Origin: Eledone cirrhosa
Taxonomy: Eukaryota
Reading direction: 5' to 3'
Length of the DNA: 64,000 bases
Assembly (NCBI GenBank): GCA_964016885.1
Contig: OZ024747.1
Coordinates: 36,890,001 to 36,954,000 of the forward strand
Positions 1-14,981 of this stretch are shown in pieces. The translations under genes and the position numbers were made by a program. Position 1 is the first letter of the stretch; the number at the start of each line of letters is the position of its first letter. The notes below the pieces were generated by a model. The model was not told where the DNA came from. It saw only the letters and a program-made list of their open reading frames with translations, and did not search any database.

Positions 1-3000
1 ACTGCTTTACTCTCTCTGGCCCTCTTCGCTCCCTATATGACAACACTGCAGTGGAGCGTTCCGTATTGAGCGTTTCGTATGGCATACGGCTTATCTGGGG
101 CATTTTCAATCGGCTTATTGCAAATAACAACCCAAAAATAACACTTCATATAACAGATTAATGCTATAGACATATGAATCGGAATGTAACCCGTGAACTT
201 TTTCCTGGGCAAAATTATTCGAACAGACATGACCTTATTGCCAGAGTGTTCAGACTGAAACTAGCTAAACTCATGGCTTTAATCAAAAAGGTCAGGTATT
301 TGGGGCTGTAAAATGGCAAAAACGAGCGTTGCCACATGCTCACATTTTGATTTGGTTAACTGATAAAATCAATTCAAATGCCATAGACAGCTTCATTTCG
401 GCTGAAATCCCTAACCCAGCAACTGCCCAGGAATTACATGACATCGTCAAAGCTAACATGGTCCGTGTGCCTCGGGTCCTAATGAGCATCACACGTGTCT
501 GAAAAGGGGGTGGTGCAGTAAGGGATACCCCAAAGAATTTGTTGACGAGAGTCAGACTGGTGGCGATGGGTACCCCCTGTACAGGCGGAGACGGCCCGAA
601 AACGGTGGCTTCACCACAACAGTAAAGGGAGGTCAAGTCGACAATAGATTGGTGGTCCCTTACTGCCCGCTTCTCTTGAAGATGTTCAACGCCCACATCA
701 ACGTTGAGTTTTGCAACTCCGTCAAGTCTATAAAATACATATGCAAATATGTAAATAAGGGCTCTGATGAGGTGACAGAATACCTGGTGGGGCGGTACAT
801 CAGTAGCAATGAAGCTTTTTGGCGCCTATTTGGTTTCCCCCTACACCAACGGCACCCCGCCATCGTACAGCTTGCGTTACATTTGGAAAATAGGCAAAGG
901 GTTTACTTTACGGATCAAACCGCCACCAAGCTGGCCGCTGATCCGAAAGAGACCACTCTGACAGGTTTCTTCAAACTTTGCCAGTTCGATACATTTGCGC
1001 AAACAATTGTGTACCCCCAGGTTCGATCCGACTTTATATGGTCGAAAAACACTTGGGTGCGAAGAAAGTCAGGTCAGAAAGACATCCTGGTGTTTAAATT
1101 TGACAGCTGTCTTGGAAGGGTTTACACTGTGCCCCCAAGTCAAGATGACTGCTTTCATCTCCGCCTTCTTCTGCATGAAGTTGTAGGCCCACAAATTTTC
1201 AGGACCTCAAAACTGTTGATGGAGAAATATGTGATACGTACCGGGAAGCCTGCTTTAAGCGTGGTCTTTTGGAAGATAATTCGCAATGGGATTCCACTTT
1301 AGCAGAGGGTACTTTGTTGAAAACACCTAAAGGTCTACGGGAACTGTTTGCCATTTTGCTTCAAAAGTGTGAATTGGGTGATCCCAAATGTTTATGGTTC
1401 AAGTACAGAGACTTCATGTCTGAGGATTTCCTGCACCTGGCTCATCTGCAGTATCCTTCAGTGGAAGTTGCTTACAGCGGAATTATCTACAACAGGGCAC
1501 TCATTGATATCGAGGACGCCCTCATCGACATGGGTGGGAGTGAGTTGGCGACGTAAGGCTTTCCATCAACCGTCACGTGTTGTTGGCCCCGGATTTGTTG
1601 CGGGAAACAACATATAACATCGAATCTCTTTCCCAATACTTAGAGGAAAATGAGCCCAAACGTCTGTCGGACCAAACTATCATTGACGCGGTTCAAAATC
1701 AAACTGGGGGTATTTACTTTCTCGATGCTCCTGGGGGTACCGGAAAAACCTTTGTAACAAAATTGATTCCCGCTAAGATTCGCCAGGAGAAAAAAATTGC
1801 GTTGGCCGTTGCATCGTCCGGGATCGCTGCTAATTTGCTGCCGGGAGGCAGGACAGCATATTCAACCTTTAAACTCCCCTTGGATTTAGTAAAAATTGAG
1901 ACACCAAGATGCAATATCAGCAAGAGCTCACACGAAGCTCTGGTTCTCAAAAAATGTTGCCTCATTGTTTGGGATTAGTGCACAATGACACACAAGGGTG
2001 CCCTTGAGGCATTGGACAGGAACCTGAAAGACATTAGGGATTCTACGGCTCCTATGGGTGGCGTAACCCTTCTGCTGTCAGGGGATTTTCGGCAAACGCT
2101 GCCTGTCATCCCCAAAGGGACAATAGCTGATGAAGTGCATGCCTGCCTTAAGTCGTCCACGTTGTGGCCCCAGGTGAAGACTTTGTTCCTGAGCACAAAT
2201 ATGCGTTCTCATTTGCATGGTGTCAACATGTCTGCAGCATTTGCTCAGAACATTTTAGCACTTGGTGAGGGCAAGGTCCCTGCGGATGACAAGGGCGGCA
2301 TAGCAATTGACTCCCTGTGCAACATTGTGAGCAGCCCCTCTGACCTTTCGGAGGCAGTTTTTCCTAATGTCTCATCTAACTTTAAAAACTTCGATTGGCT
2401 TAGCGAAAGAGCCATCCTTGCTCCGAAAAATGCCATGGTTAATTTTATTAACGAGCAACTGATTCAGAAAATTCCCAATAAAGAGCACATCTTCAAATCT
2501 ATCGACCGGACCTTAGACCAGGACGATATCGTTAATTATCCGGTTGAGTTATTAAATTCCCTTGAGCCTCCAGGGCTCCCACCTCACATTCTTAAGCTTA
2601 GGGTTGGCTGTCTCATTATGCTAATAAGGAACTTGCGCCCACCAAAGCAGTGCAACGGTACTCGCATGGTCGTCAAGTCAATGACGCCCCACTTGATTGA
2701 GGCCACTATTGTAACGGGGTGCGGGAGAGGGGAGAATGTTTTCATTCCAAGGATGAACCTTTTCCCCTCGGCGTCAGATATCCCGTTCGATTTCCGGCGA
2801 TCCCAATTCCCGATGAGACCATGTTTTGCCATGTCCATTAACAAGTCACAAGGGCAAACATTGTCGGTGGCGGGCATCCATTTGGGGGAGCCATACTTCT
2901 CTAATGGTCAACTTTATGTTGCCTGTTCCCAGGTAGGGAGCAGGAATGAACTTTTTGCTTACACTCCTCAAGGGATGACACGCAATATCGTCTACAAAGA

Positions 3001-3323
3001 GGTGCTATAGATGTTGGTGCAGGTGTTGGAGGTGTTGGAGCTATGCCGTGGAAACCTGGTAGGGTCACCCATGGCGGACAGATGTGACACCCAGCGGCGT
3101 CAGCGCCACCATCTTGCAACTTTGGTCTGCTAAATTCGTTATTGGAAGATTATTAACCCATCATTGATTGTCCAAAATGCTAATTGGTTCGTAACTTTTA
3201 ATAACCGGTTCAACTGCTTTATGCACTTAATTGATAAGGTTATTCGCTTTCAAGCGACGTTTACCTGTATGTAACATTTCATAGCAAATGAATAAACCCG
3301 AGCAACGTCGGGCTAAACTGCTA

Positions 3324-3324
<1 letters not shown>
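1..3324 (+). mobile_element. Helitron (5' end outside window), degenerate Rep-helicase
   Basis: Rep HUH remnant WQKRALPHAHILIW near 313-355; KSIKYICKYVNKG; PIF1-type helicase motifs DAPGGTGKTF, GDFRQTLPV, FAMSINKSQGQT; 3' hairpin CCCGAGCAACGTCGGG then CTAG at 3321-3324 abutting (TA)n. Confidence 0.93.
225..3010 (+). pseudogene. Helitron RepHel coding region with frameshifts and stops (ORFs 649-1302, 1269-1556, 1577-1978, 1985-3010)
   Basis: Consecutive ORF fragments with colinear Rep and PIF1 helicase motifs in different frames. Confidence 0.9.
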
Positions 3325-3388
<64 letters not shown>

Positions 3389-3472
3389 TACATATATATA
3401 TAAAATATTGTATATACACTATGTTTTGAGTACCTTACATATTGTGGTTACCCCCGATTTAACCCGGGATAC

Positions 3473-4200
<728 letters not shown>

Positions 4201-4204
4201 TATA

Positions 4205-5119
<915 letters not shown>

Positions 5120-5335
5120 TATTTACGTATCGAGAGAGAGAAAAAAAGGGGGAAGATAGGTGATACATATAGTTATTTGCCAAGTAGTGTATGCCAGAGG
5201 TGCTCGATACTAGTGCCGGCAGTATTAAATATTCGAAGTGTTAATATTTAGTTGGCTAGAGAATTAGCAGAGCGTAAGCACGTGGGAAAGTAATAAATCG
5301 GAGAATAGACCGTTAAAACATGTTTATTTAAAACA

Positions 5336-5380
5336 GCACCTACGTACGTTTCGCCCAGTTGGGTTCTCAAGGGCATAAAT
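5336..5380 (-). ncRNA. Minimal hammerhead-like motif (3' pLTR copy)
   Basis: Reverse complement ATTTATGCC-CTTGAGAA-CCC AACT GGGC-GAAAC-GTA. Confidence 0.55.
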
Positions 5381-7041
5381 AATCAAAAGTGTTCCTTACA
5401 TTGCTCGGAAAGAGTTTTGGGGGTTAAATCCACGTCAAGGTTCATTGTTCGCAAAAATAGCTTGTTTTGATTTTGCAGCAGGTCAAGGGAGGTAACTCTG
5501 GCCGGTGTTAGGGCAATTTTTTTTTTATCCGCTACGAGATGAGGTTACAACCTTACCATTGTCGATACGCATGTAATCAACGGTTATTTTGAGAGTTTGT
5601 TTTGCTGCATCTGTTTGTCTGAGTCGTTTGAGGCTGGGTCTGGTATGCAAGGATAGTTTCCTGGGTGTTCTTTTGCAGCGCCTGCCCGCCGGGGTGTTAA
5701 GACTTGTTACAGGGAGATCCGGTGCACGGTTTCACTGCTCATCCTTAACCCAACTGAAGAAGGATATTTTTAAGCGATATGTACAACTTATCGCTGTTTC
5801 AGCTCTGCTGTTGATGAGCTCGTGGGGTGCAGTTATGATGTGGTAGAGCTCCATGAGGTAAAGATCGCATTTCGTCTTGAAGTTGTACGGTGCAGCCCTG
5901 CCGACAATATCCCAGTGCGTGGAGAAGCTGATGTTTAAGTCCTTTAGTGATGTGATGTAGTCTGCGAGCGAAGTGGAGTGTCTTAGTTTTTTATTTGTGA
6001 AAGAGTGGAGATGTGTTCGAAACCTAATTTTGAACGGGCCGGAGGTAACCCCGATATAATGTTTAACGCTATTGTGGCTAGTTATAGTGCATCTATATAT
6101 AACTCTATCAGTCAAGCATATCCTCTAAGGGGGCAGCGTCCTCTGTCGCGGCAGTTGCAATTTCTGTCGCGGTTCCGTCTATTCCCACGGTAAGGCTATC
6201 ATTGTTGCTGCCTACGTTGTTACCCACGCTACCGCAGCTATCGTTAGCACCATTACAACCCACAGCACGCGGGGTGGTACGATTGTTATTCCGCATGCCA
6301 TGTCCTGCATGTTCGCCAGTCATTTCGCGGTTATGCTGGTTGCGTCTGCGGATGCCGTTGCCAACACTATTGGATGCTGCCAGGGAGTTGTTAAGGCCGA
6401 TATAGTTATTGTCAGGTGTAGGTGCGTCTGAGTCGAGGTGCTGTGTCTTGGTGATCTTACTGTGGTTCGTTGTTCCTATGATGTCTGCTAGGTTAGGAGT
6501 AGTAGAGAAGGATATTTTTATATTGTTCCTATTAAGAATTTTTCTATACCTATGGTTGGGCGGGAATTTCTTCTCTAAGGCTTCGAAGAACATCCGGGGT
6601 ATGTTGGAGGTCACACTCCGAGAGTAGGCGGGTGGAACAATAGGACGTTACGGTGGCGATTACGTGTCCTTGTACGTTTGCTACGGGTGGTTCCATCTAG
6701 GTGACTGCTTTCACTTTATGCTCGGGTGCACTCTTCCTACCTCTTCCATGTTTAAGTACAGGAAGATGTTGGTTGGAAGGCGTTGGTAGTAGGCCGTCGC
6801 CTACCAATGGTAAGGTTGTAACCTCATCTCGTAGCGGAAAAACCTACCAATGGTAAGGTTGTAACCTCATCTCGTAGCGGATAAAAAAAATTTGTCCGGG
6901 AAAGACTGCCCTAACACCGGCCAGAGTTACCTCCCTTGACCTGCTGCAAAATCAAAACAAGGTATTTTTGCGAGCAATGAACCTTGACGTGGATTTAACC
7001 CCAAAAACTCTTTCCGAGCAATGTAAGGAACACTTTTGATT

Positions 7042-7088
7042 ATTTATGCCCTTGAGAAGCCCAACTGGGCGAAACGTACGGTATAAAT
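7042..7088 (+). ncRNA. Minimal type I hammerhead, CUUGAGA core variant
   Basis: Stem I ATTTATGCC/GGTATAAAT; CTTGAGAA; stem II GCCC-AACT-GGGC; GAAA; palindromic ACGT; GUA site. Confidence 0.7.
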
Positions 7089-7276
7089 ATGTTTTAACGG
7101 TTTATTCTCCGATTTCTTACTTTCCCACGTATATATATACATATATAAATGGAATAGAATGAAACGAAATTTCATTTCTCACTCTTACATTTATATATAT
7201 ATATATACTTACATTTATATATATATATATATATATATGTATCACCTATCCTCCTCTTTTTTCTCTTTCTCGATAC

Positions 7277-7352
<76 letters not shown>

Positions 7353-7379
7353 ATGAGTATGTGCGTGTGTCTGTGTATA

Positions 7380-7937
7380 TAAATACATAGTTAATGGATA
7401 CATGTCTATGTACGGAAGCAGCAAAGAAAATATGTGAAGCAATCAGAGCATGTTTTATCTCTAAAGTTGATTAAGAAATGAATCAACAGTTAGTTCGTGT
7501 AATACTTGTGTGAAAATTTAGTAAATTAAATTGAATGTCTTTATCAGGTGTTTACTTGTGTAATCATGTGTTAATTTATTTTCGTTAGTCAATTTTCCAA
7601 AGAAATAATTGGCAGGGTGTTCGAGCTTTCTGTTATACATACATAACGACGTATTATCTTCGCTTGTTTCCGTTCATTGCCAAGGAACGTCTTTGCGAAC
7701 CAAAGTATCGTCTTCCTGTCTTCCTTCGGCTGCAACGTGTTTCGAAATATTTACTTCTGCATTCACAGATTGATTTTTTTGTTTCAGAAGATCCCGTTAA
7801 GGGTGAAAGCACCGATTCTTTGCTTAAACTTTAATCTGTTATTTTACTAAATATTTGCTCTAGGGTTCTTATATATTTGATATATATTTATCCTTATCGA
7901 GCCCTCCTTAGATTTTAGTCTTCAGATTTATTATTAT

Positions 7938-7996
<59 letters not shown>

Positions 7997-8095
7997 TAAC
8001 AGATTAAAGTTTAAGCAAAGAATCGCTGCTTTCACCCTTAACGGGATCTTCTGAAACTAAAAAATCAATCTGTGAACGCAGAAGTAAATATGGCA
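7380..8095. repeat. PLE pLTR-like repeat with an inverted copy across a (TA)n tract; family shared with 56185-56645 and 58130-58530
   Basis: 7750-7846 is inverted at 7991-8090; high similarity to 58230-58530. Confidence 0.75.
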
Positions 8096-8110
8096 GGTAA
8101 TAGTCAACAA

Positions 8111-8176
<66 letters not shown>

Positions 8177-9394
8177 TTGTTAACTATTACCTGCCATCTC
8201 TGTCTACGTGTGAGACTGTATTCCAATTTGTGTCTATACATGTATGTTAATATCTGTGTATATGTATGTGTAAGTGTGTGGTGTATGTGTGTACCACATA
8301 TACCAGCAGAGACTCAACATTTCGATTAATCTTTTTTTCTGATTTCATCTTATATAACCCATCTTTTATACCTACATCTATAAAGTCCATTCATAATTCA
8401 AAGTATATAATTATAAAATGGTCGTCACAAATACGTTGGAGCTGTCGTGTCTGCAAATAGTAAACTGATTACATAAAGTCGCAGTCCAACATGTGTAACA
8501 CTAAGCGTCTGTATAACAATTAATTTGCAGTTTATGATAGTAATTCTTACTCAATTATTGGAGAAAGTTTGGCAAAAGTACATGGTAAATTGTGTAGTAC
8601 GAGAAACCGCATACTAATTATATTTCCTTTAGTGTTTTTCTAAAACATTTATTTATTTATCAGAACAACCGTTGATAATTTCAATATAGATGTTGATATC
8701 TAAAATTTGCTTTCTTGTATTCACCAAATTTTCGTTTCATAATAAGTAAAGGATTTTCCTAATGATAAGATTTCAATATTCTTTGATATTCTAGTGTATT
8801 TAGTGTATTTATTCTTTGATATCTAGATATTTAGTGTATTTATTAATTTTTTTAAAACTTTGATGAAACTGTCGAATGCATATTATAACAGTCAATCCAG
8901 CAATATATATTATGTTATAGTTACGTTTTTTTTAGTTCGTTACAAAAGCTTTGCTTGAATTGCAGTTAGTTAATGCAGTTGTAAATTACGTTGAGTACTC
9001 AATGCTATAATTTGTTACCAGTCGAAAATTTAATACGCCTGATGAGCCAGTGTCCTAAGATGTTTATCCAATCCAGGGACTTCTCTGTCCTGTTGGAAGA
9101 ATCCATCTCTTTCCACCGGTTTCTGTATTTTTGGTCATGTCAGGGGGTCACCAAAATTGGCCGATTGCGGGTTGTTGAGGCTATTTAACGCATATTTGCG
9201 ATATGGATAGTCCTTTTAACAGCTCTTGTTTTATGATGTTGGATTTCCACTTACCCTCATCACCAGTCTTGGTGGGGAGCCGGTTTAGTCACCGATCACT
9301 TGACCATGAAGATGGTTGTATTGGGTTACATGATGCCACTAGCAGGCAGAAGCCTAAACTGACATACATAATGTTATGTATGTCCTACTGTTAC

Positions 9395-9578
9395 ATAATT
9401 GTTTCTACTTTTGGCACAAGGCCAGCAATTTCCCAGTACATTACTGGTACTTTATTTTATCGACCCCGTAAGGATGAAAGGCAAAGTTAACCTCGGCAGG
9501 ATTTGAACTCAGAATGGCAAGGGCCGTAACTCTATGCTGTAAAGCATGGTGTCCGACCCTCTACCGATACTGCCAAGA
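9395..9578 (-). mobile_element. tRNA-derived SINE, family A
   Basis: Reverse complement has B box GAGTTCAAATCC and tail CCTTTCATCCTTACGGGGTCGATAAAATAAAGTACCAG; six copies in window. Confidence 0.85.
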
Positions 9579-9904
9579 CCTAAAAGGATAACGGCACCTA
9601 CTTACAAAATATAAATAAATTTAAAAGAATTTATTTGACAAGAAAAAATAACAAACCAACATTGATGTGTGATGTTCAATTGAGGCGGGGACCTGTATTT
9701 TTTCAAACAAGTCATTTTATTACCTTGTCAGACAACATAAAACAGTTCATTCATTTTGATGAAAATTTATAACTGAGGTTTTCATATCATATGTATTTCA
9801 TCTCACACCTTTCATATCATTTATAATTGATGTCAATTGATTTTGTATAAACAAACTATAGTTCATAATATATACTTATAGCTTACGACAATTAATTTTC
9901 TCAG

Positions 9905-10246
9905 GTTGTAGTAAATGTCAGTTACGTCTCAGGGCAGCCTTTTCTTATTGTAGACAAACACATACCCAAGCGTCTGCGAAGTAGAATCAACTCTGTAAGC
10001 AAGAGCTTTTGTAGCTAACTTGATTATACTTCCATCCTGCTTTTAGTAATAGCTGAAAAATACATGTATCTATATTTACCTCTGATATTTACTTTTAATA
10101 AATTTATCATGCTATTTAATTCCCTGTAGATTTCAGACAAAGAATCTAGTAAATTAAAGGAGACATTATTCCAAAAGAAATGCCATCTAAATATTGATTT
10201 TGATACAAGAGATAATCCAAACACATTTTATAGCAATTTTGCTTAA
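9905..10246 (+). other. Possible host-gene exons (9905-9994; 10130-10246 ending TAA)
   Basis: ttttctcag acceptor, 90 nt open, gtaagc donor; tccctgtag acceptor then in-phase ISDKESSK...SNFA*; no recognised homology. Confidence 0.25.
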
Positions 10247-10375
10247 TACGGTTAAATGTTACCATGCATTCTACAATATAATGTATTTTCCTCTGTAACA
10301 AGATCAACAAGATTAAAAGCGCGATTCTCCCTCCCATAATATTGTTGATATATAATAGATTTGCATGGATTCGTT

Positions 10376-10408
<33 letters not shown>

Positions 10409-10409
10409 T

Positions 10410-11900
10410 CCACACAGCCACTAGCCTTATAATACGCACCCCTCGCACAACCCCCATTTACTCCCTCCCCAAAGTACACAAACCAAATAATCCATCCTAT
10501 CGTTTCCGCGTGCAACTTCCCCACCTGAATCATCTCTGAATAATTAGATACCCTCCTCGCCTTAGTCGTCAACTTCCCCTCCCACACCCACGACACCAAT
10601 CATGCCCTGAGACACTTTAACTCCTCTTTTCCTCCTGGTCCCTATCGCCTTCTCTTCGCCCTGGACATCATCTCTCTCTATACCGTCATCCCTCGTGATG
10701 ACAGCCTCCGCACTCTCCGACACTGTTTAGACTTACGTCCTACCCCTTACCCCAGCACTACCACTCTTCTCCATCTGGCTGAGCTTGTTCTCATCCTCAA
10801 TGAGTTTGTCTCATTTTCCGGTGAATTCTATCACCCTCTCTTCTGATCCCGACACGTCTCTCTTTTTTCCTAACACACCTATTACCGCATTTAAGCGCGC
10901 TCGTAACCTCCACCACCTGCTAGTACGAAGTTCCTTCTCGTCCTCTTCTACAACTCCACCCGGCTCTCATCCTTGTTCTTATCCCCGTTGTAACAATTTC
11001 CTTTCATTTCCAACCACACCACTCTCACAGGCCCAACAGTTCATTCCGTATCCGCCACTCCTTTACCTGCACCTCTACCCACGTTGTCTATGCCCTGAGG
11101 GTCCTTATACATTGGACAAACAGGATGCCGTTTGGCGGACCGTTGTGCTGAAAATTTGAGGGATATACAACTCGGTTCGGATAGTCCGTCGCCCGTCATT
11201 TCCGTTCCCCTGGTCACTCTTCCCTACATGTCTCAGTACTGGGTGTCCTTTTACATCACGGATCACAGGCCTTGCGCACCAGCACTGAACAGTCTGATTT
11301 ACCGCCTTGGGTCCTGTTCCCCGACCCCAATCTCTGTAATGTCCCGTCCGCGCTTGTACATTCACACCTAGATTACTATGGAATTGTTATGGTCAGAAAC
11401 ATATACTCTTACAGCTAATACTGACCAACAATATATGCACACTCCACTTTTCCCTTCACAGTTCTGTATACACACACCCTTTTATTAACATACTTTTACT
11501 CATAGCTTCGTACTTGGAGCCACACACAGACACTCTTTTACTTACATATACACACGCATATCCTCTTAGCTTCGTACGGACGTATAATAACAGACACGCA
11601 CCCACACACACGCACGCGCACAAGTATAGCTCTTTATACAAAACGTTTTTTTTTTCATTTCAGGTAGACGCGCTCCATCATCCACTTTTCTAAAAAGTAT
11701 ATCATACACAAAACGTCAATATTAACAGTTTTCGAAGAGATGGCAACATGAATGGACCTGTTATTTTTCTCTAGAAACATTTTTTTCCGATTCCACCCCG
11801 CAACTCGATCTTTCTTATTTCTGATTCTTTCTTCTGATGAAGGACTAGCGTCCGAAACGTTAAGACCCTCTCCCTAACCTAATATATTCCTTCCATGGGT
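10410..11900 (+). mobile_element. Degenerate, internally deleted Penelope-like element (Neptune-like)
   Basis: IYSLPKVHKP; LDIISLYTVIP (RT); AFKRARNLHHLLVRS..CSYPRC linker; YIGQTG GIY-YIG; HHR at 3' end. Confidence 0.8.
11830..11865 (+). ncRNA. Minimal type I hammerhead ribozyme
   Basis: TCTT-CTGATGA-A-GGAC TAGC GTCC-GAAA-CG-TT-AAGA. Confidence 0.8.
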
Positions 11901-11904
11901 AAAG

Positions 11905-12237
11905 ACCCGCTTAGGTCACGAATGATCATGGGATTTTCACCTAGAAAGATTCCCTCCGAGGCACAAGTCCGGACAAAGTTGTTTGTGGAAAACCAGCTGT
12001 CGCCCATGCATACCCGTCTCCCCTCTCCACGCCACCGATGATGTCCAAGGGAAAGGCAATGGCCGATACAGCTTGGCACCAGTGACGTCGCAACTCACTT
12101 CTACAGCTGAGTAAACTGGAGCAAACCTGTAATAAAGTATCTTGCTCAAAGACACAACGCATCACCCGGTCCGATATTCGAACTCACAACCTTCCGATTG
12201 CAAGCCCAATGCTCTAACCATTAAGCCATGCGCCTTC
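11905..12237 (-). mobile_element. tRNA-derived SINE, family B-related
   Basis: Reverse complement GGCGCATGGCTTAATGGTTAGAGC (A box), GAGTTCGAAT (B box), TTGAGCAAGATACTT central domain. Confidence 0.8.
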
Positions 12238-12368
12238 TGTATCAGCGCTGGCGTTTGCGTGTGTGTTTCCTATTTGGTGTGTGTGTTCGTGTTTAAGTAT
12301 ATGTGTTTTTGTATTCTATCTTTGTTCACTAGTGTGTGTTTATGTGTTTGTTGTTATTGTACTTGTGT

Positions 12369-12453
<85 letters not shown>

Positions 12454-12482
12454 AAAGAATAGAGGTGTAACACACAAGTTAT

Positions 12483-12886
12483 TATATATTGGTAAACGGA
12501 ATAGAAAATGCTGACAAATTGTTCCCAGTTGAAAGATGGTTTAATTAGGAATAAAAGAGTATTAGTGATTGTATGGGTTAGTATTCAGTTGTGGTTTTAA
12601 GTTTTTAAGTTTTTACCGGTTGCGTATTTCGAAATGCTTTTCAAAAATAATTTTGAGATAGAGTGTCCGTGCTGTTTGCTCTGATCAGAGCAAACAGCAC
12701 GGACACTCTATCTCAAAATTATTTTTGAAAAGCATTTCGAAATACGCAACCGGTAAAAACTTAAAAACTTAAAACCACAACTGAATACTAACCCATACAA
12801 TCACTAATACTCTTTTATTCCTAATTAAACCATCTTTCAACTGGGAACAATTTGTCAGCATTTTCTATTCCGTTTACCAATATATA
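12483..12886. repeat. Spacerless palindrome with ~200-bp arms
   Basis: Centre ctga|tcag at 12684/12685; arms match out to atatattggtaaacgg / ccgtttaccaatatat. Confidence 0.95.
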
Positions 12887-12993
12887 TATATATATATATA
12901 TATAATGGAAAAATTTGAACAGGGACAAAACAGAGAGGCAGTACAATAAATGTTTATTAATTTCCCCGCTCAAGAGAGTGGGGGGTAGGTGGA

Positions 12994-13030
12994 GGACGAC
13001 GTTTCGGGCATAGGCCCTTCCTCAGGTGAG
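12994..13030 (-). ncRNA. Minimal hammerhead in solo pLTR fragment (~12905-13300)
   Basis: Reverse complement CAC-CTGAGGA-A-GGGC CTAT GCCC-GAAAC-GTC-GT; stem I weak. Confidence 0.65.
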
Positions 13031-13423
13031 AAGTGTGTGGGAACAGAGTTCAAAAGGTGTGTAGGGGAGTGGTGGAGAGACATATAGCGAAAGGAAACGG
13101 TGCGAATGAAAAAAAACAAATAAAGATAAAAAATAAAAATAAAGCATGATCAAAATACAAGGAATGAGAAAATCTAAAAATAAAGGCATGATGAAAATAA
13201 ACTGAAATTAAAAGGGGGGTAAACAGGTGGTGGAAGGGTGTGGGGTGAGTAGGGGCGGTGGCGGGTGGAGTGGGGAGAGGGACACGGGGTGTCCGATATA
13301 TATATATATATATTTATTTATTTATATTTCCCTTAGATCAGTATTGTTTGTTAGAAGGAATAAATTAATTAATTTATTAAATATGCCGTAGGCATTACAA
13401 TACAACGGGAGGAAACCTAATAG

Positions 13424-13465
13424 TACCACTGATGATGTCACAGATGTGTGACAAAGAACTTTGAT
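13424..13465 (+). ncRNA. Degenerate hammerhead (G12 lost) in Naiad-like pLTR fragment
   Basis: TACCA-CTGATGA-T-GTCAC AGATGT GTGAC-AAAGAACTT-TGATA; homologous to 16901-16943. Confidence 0.5.
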
Positions 13466-13894
13466 AGACTATATATATATATATATTTATATCTGTATTT
13501 GTAACCGTTGGTCAATCAATGATAAAATCCATCATTTTACGATCGTTTCTGGGATGTATATGTGTGTTGGTATGTATATCATGTTTAAGATCTATGTAAA
13601 AATATTACAAATTATCAGAGAAAATATACATACCTTCATATATACATGCCGTCCACAGAAATGACATACCACATACATCCCAGAAACGATCGTAAAATGA
13701 TGAATTTTTTTATATAAGGAACTTGTTCTTTGTTTTTATTTCATTGTTTTTATTAATTTATCTTGACTCTGTTTTCCTATGACTTTTATCGTAAATTTTT
13801 GAATGCATCTCTTTTTATATCTTCTATATTGGGATTACATTGAGTTCTTCATACGGATTGGACACTACCGTATATTTTGATAGATTTATCTACC

Positions 13895-13928
<34 letters not shown>

Positions 13929-13976
13929 CAAACCCACATAGACTCACACACACACACATACACACACACATTCACA

Positions 13977-14205
13977 CATCCATTTTGAAATTGCAAACAT
14001 TTTATTTAACAAAATATTATCATGTGGATAAAATGAATGCAGAGGAAATAGTCCAGCCAGGAATTTTACTTTCTATTTCAAAAATTCAATATTTTATGGA
14101 TCTTCAATAAAAATACAAATATTACACGCATGCACACACACACGCGCGCATACAAACCCACATAGACGCGCACACACACACATACACACACACACATTCA
14201 CACAT

Positions 14206-14239
<34 letters not shown>

Positions 14240-14356
14240 TGTTTTTGATTTTGCTTTGCAAGATTCTTGATATGGAATCGTATTTGAAAGAGATACTGTT
14301 ATAGCTATATAACAATATTTGTTTCAACACACGATTTCATATCAAAAACCTTGCAA

Positions 14357-14446
<90 letters not shown>

Positions 14447-14544
14447 TATATATATATAAATGAAAGGTATAGACATTGTTTTAGCGAGAAGCTAACAGTA
14501 TTCTATAACATATATATATTCTATATATATTCTATATATTCTAT

Positions 14545-14598
<54 letters not shown>

Positions 14599-14981
14599 TT
14601 GCAAGGTTTTTTTATATGAAATCGTGTTTTGAAACAAATATTGTTATATAGCTATAACAGTATCTCTTTCAAATACGATTCCATATCAAGAATCTTGCAA
14701 AGCAAAATCAAAAACAATATATATATATATATGTGTGTGTGTGTGTATGTATGTGTGAATGTGTGTGTGTGTATGTGTGTGTGTGCGCGTCTATGTGGGT
14801 TTGTATGCGCGTGTGTGTGTGTGCACGTGTGTAATATTTGTATTTTTATTGAAGATCCATAAAATATTGAATTTTTGATATAGAAAGTAAAATTCCTGGC
14901 TGGACTATTTCCTCTGCATTCATTTTATCCACATGATAATATTTTGTTAAATAAAATCTTTGCAATTTCAAAATGGATGTT
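13977..14981. repeat. ~390-bp inverted repeat (13977-14365 / 14592-14981) around a (TA)n spacer; arms contain Naiad-like 3' termini
   Basis: Mirror ORFs 14094-14330(-) and 14629-14862(+); aacaatatttgtttcaacacacgatttcatat resembles the 21255-21305 terminus. Confidence 0.9.

Noticed and set aside
7780-7825. CAGAAGA-TCCC GTTAA GGG-TGAAA hammerhead-like motif (also 56220 and 58375)
   Set aside because: Core U4 is replaced and no stem I is found; cannot be supported
12160-12237. tRNA gene
   Set aside because: A and B boxes run into a SINE body repeated at 35970 and 48455; no complete cloverleaf
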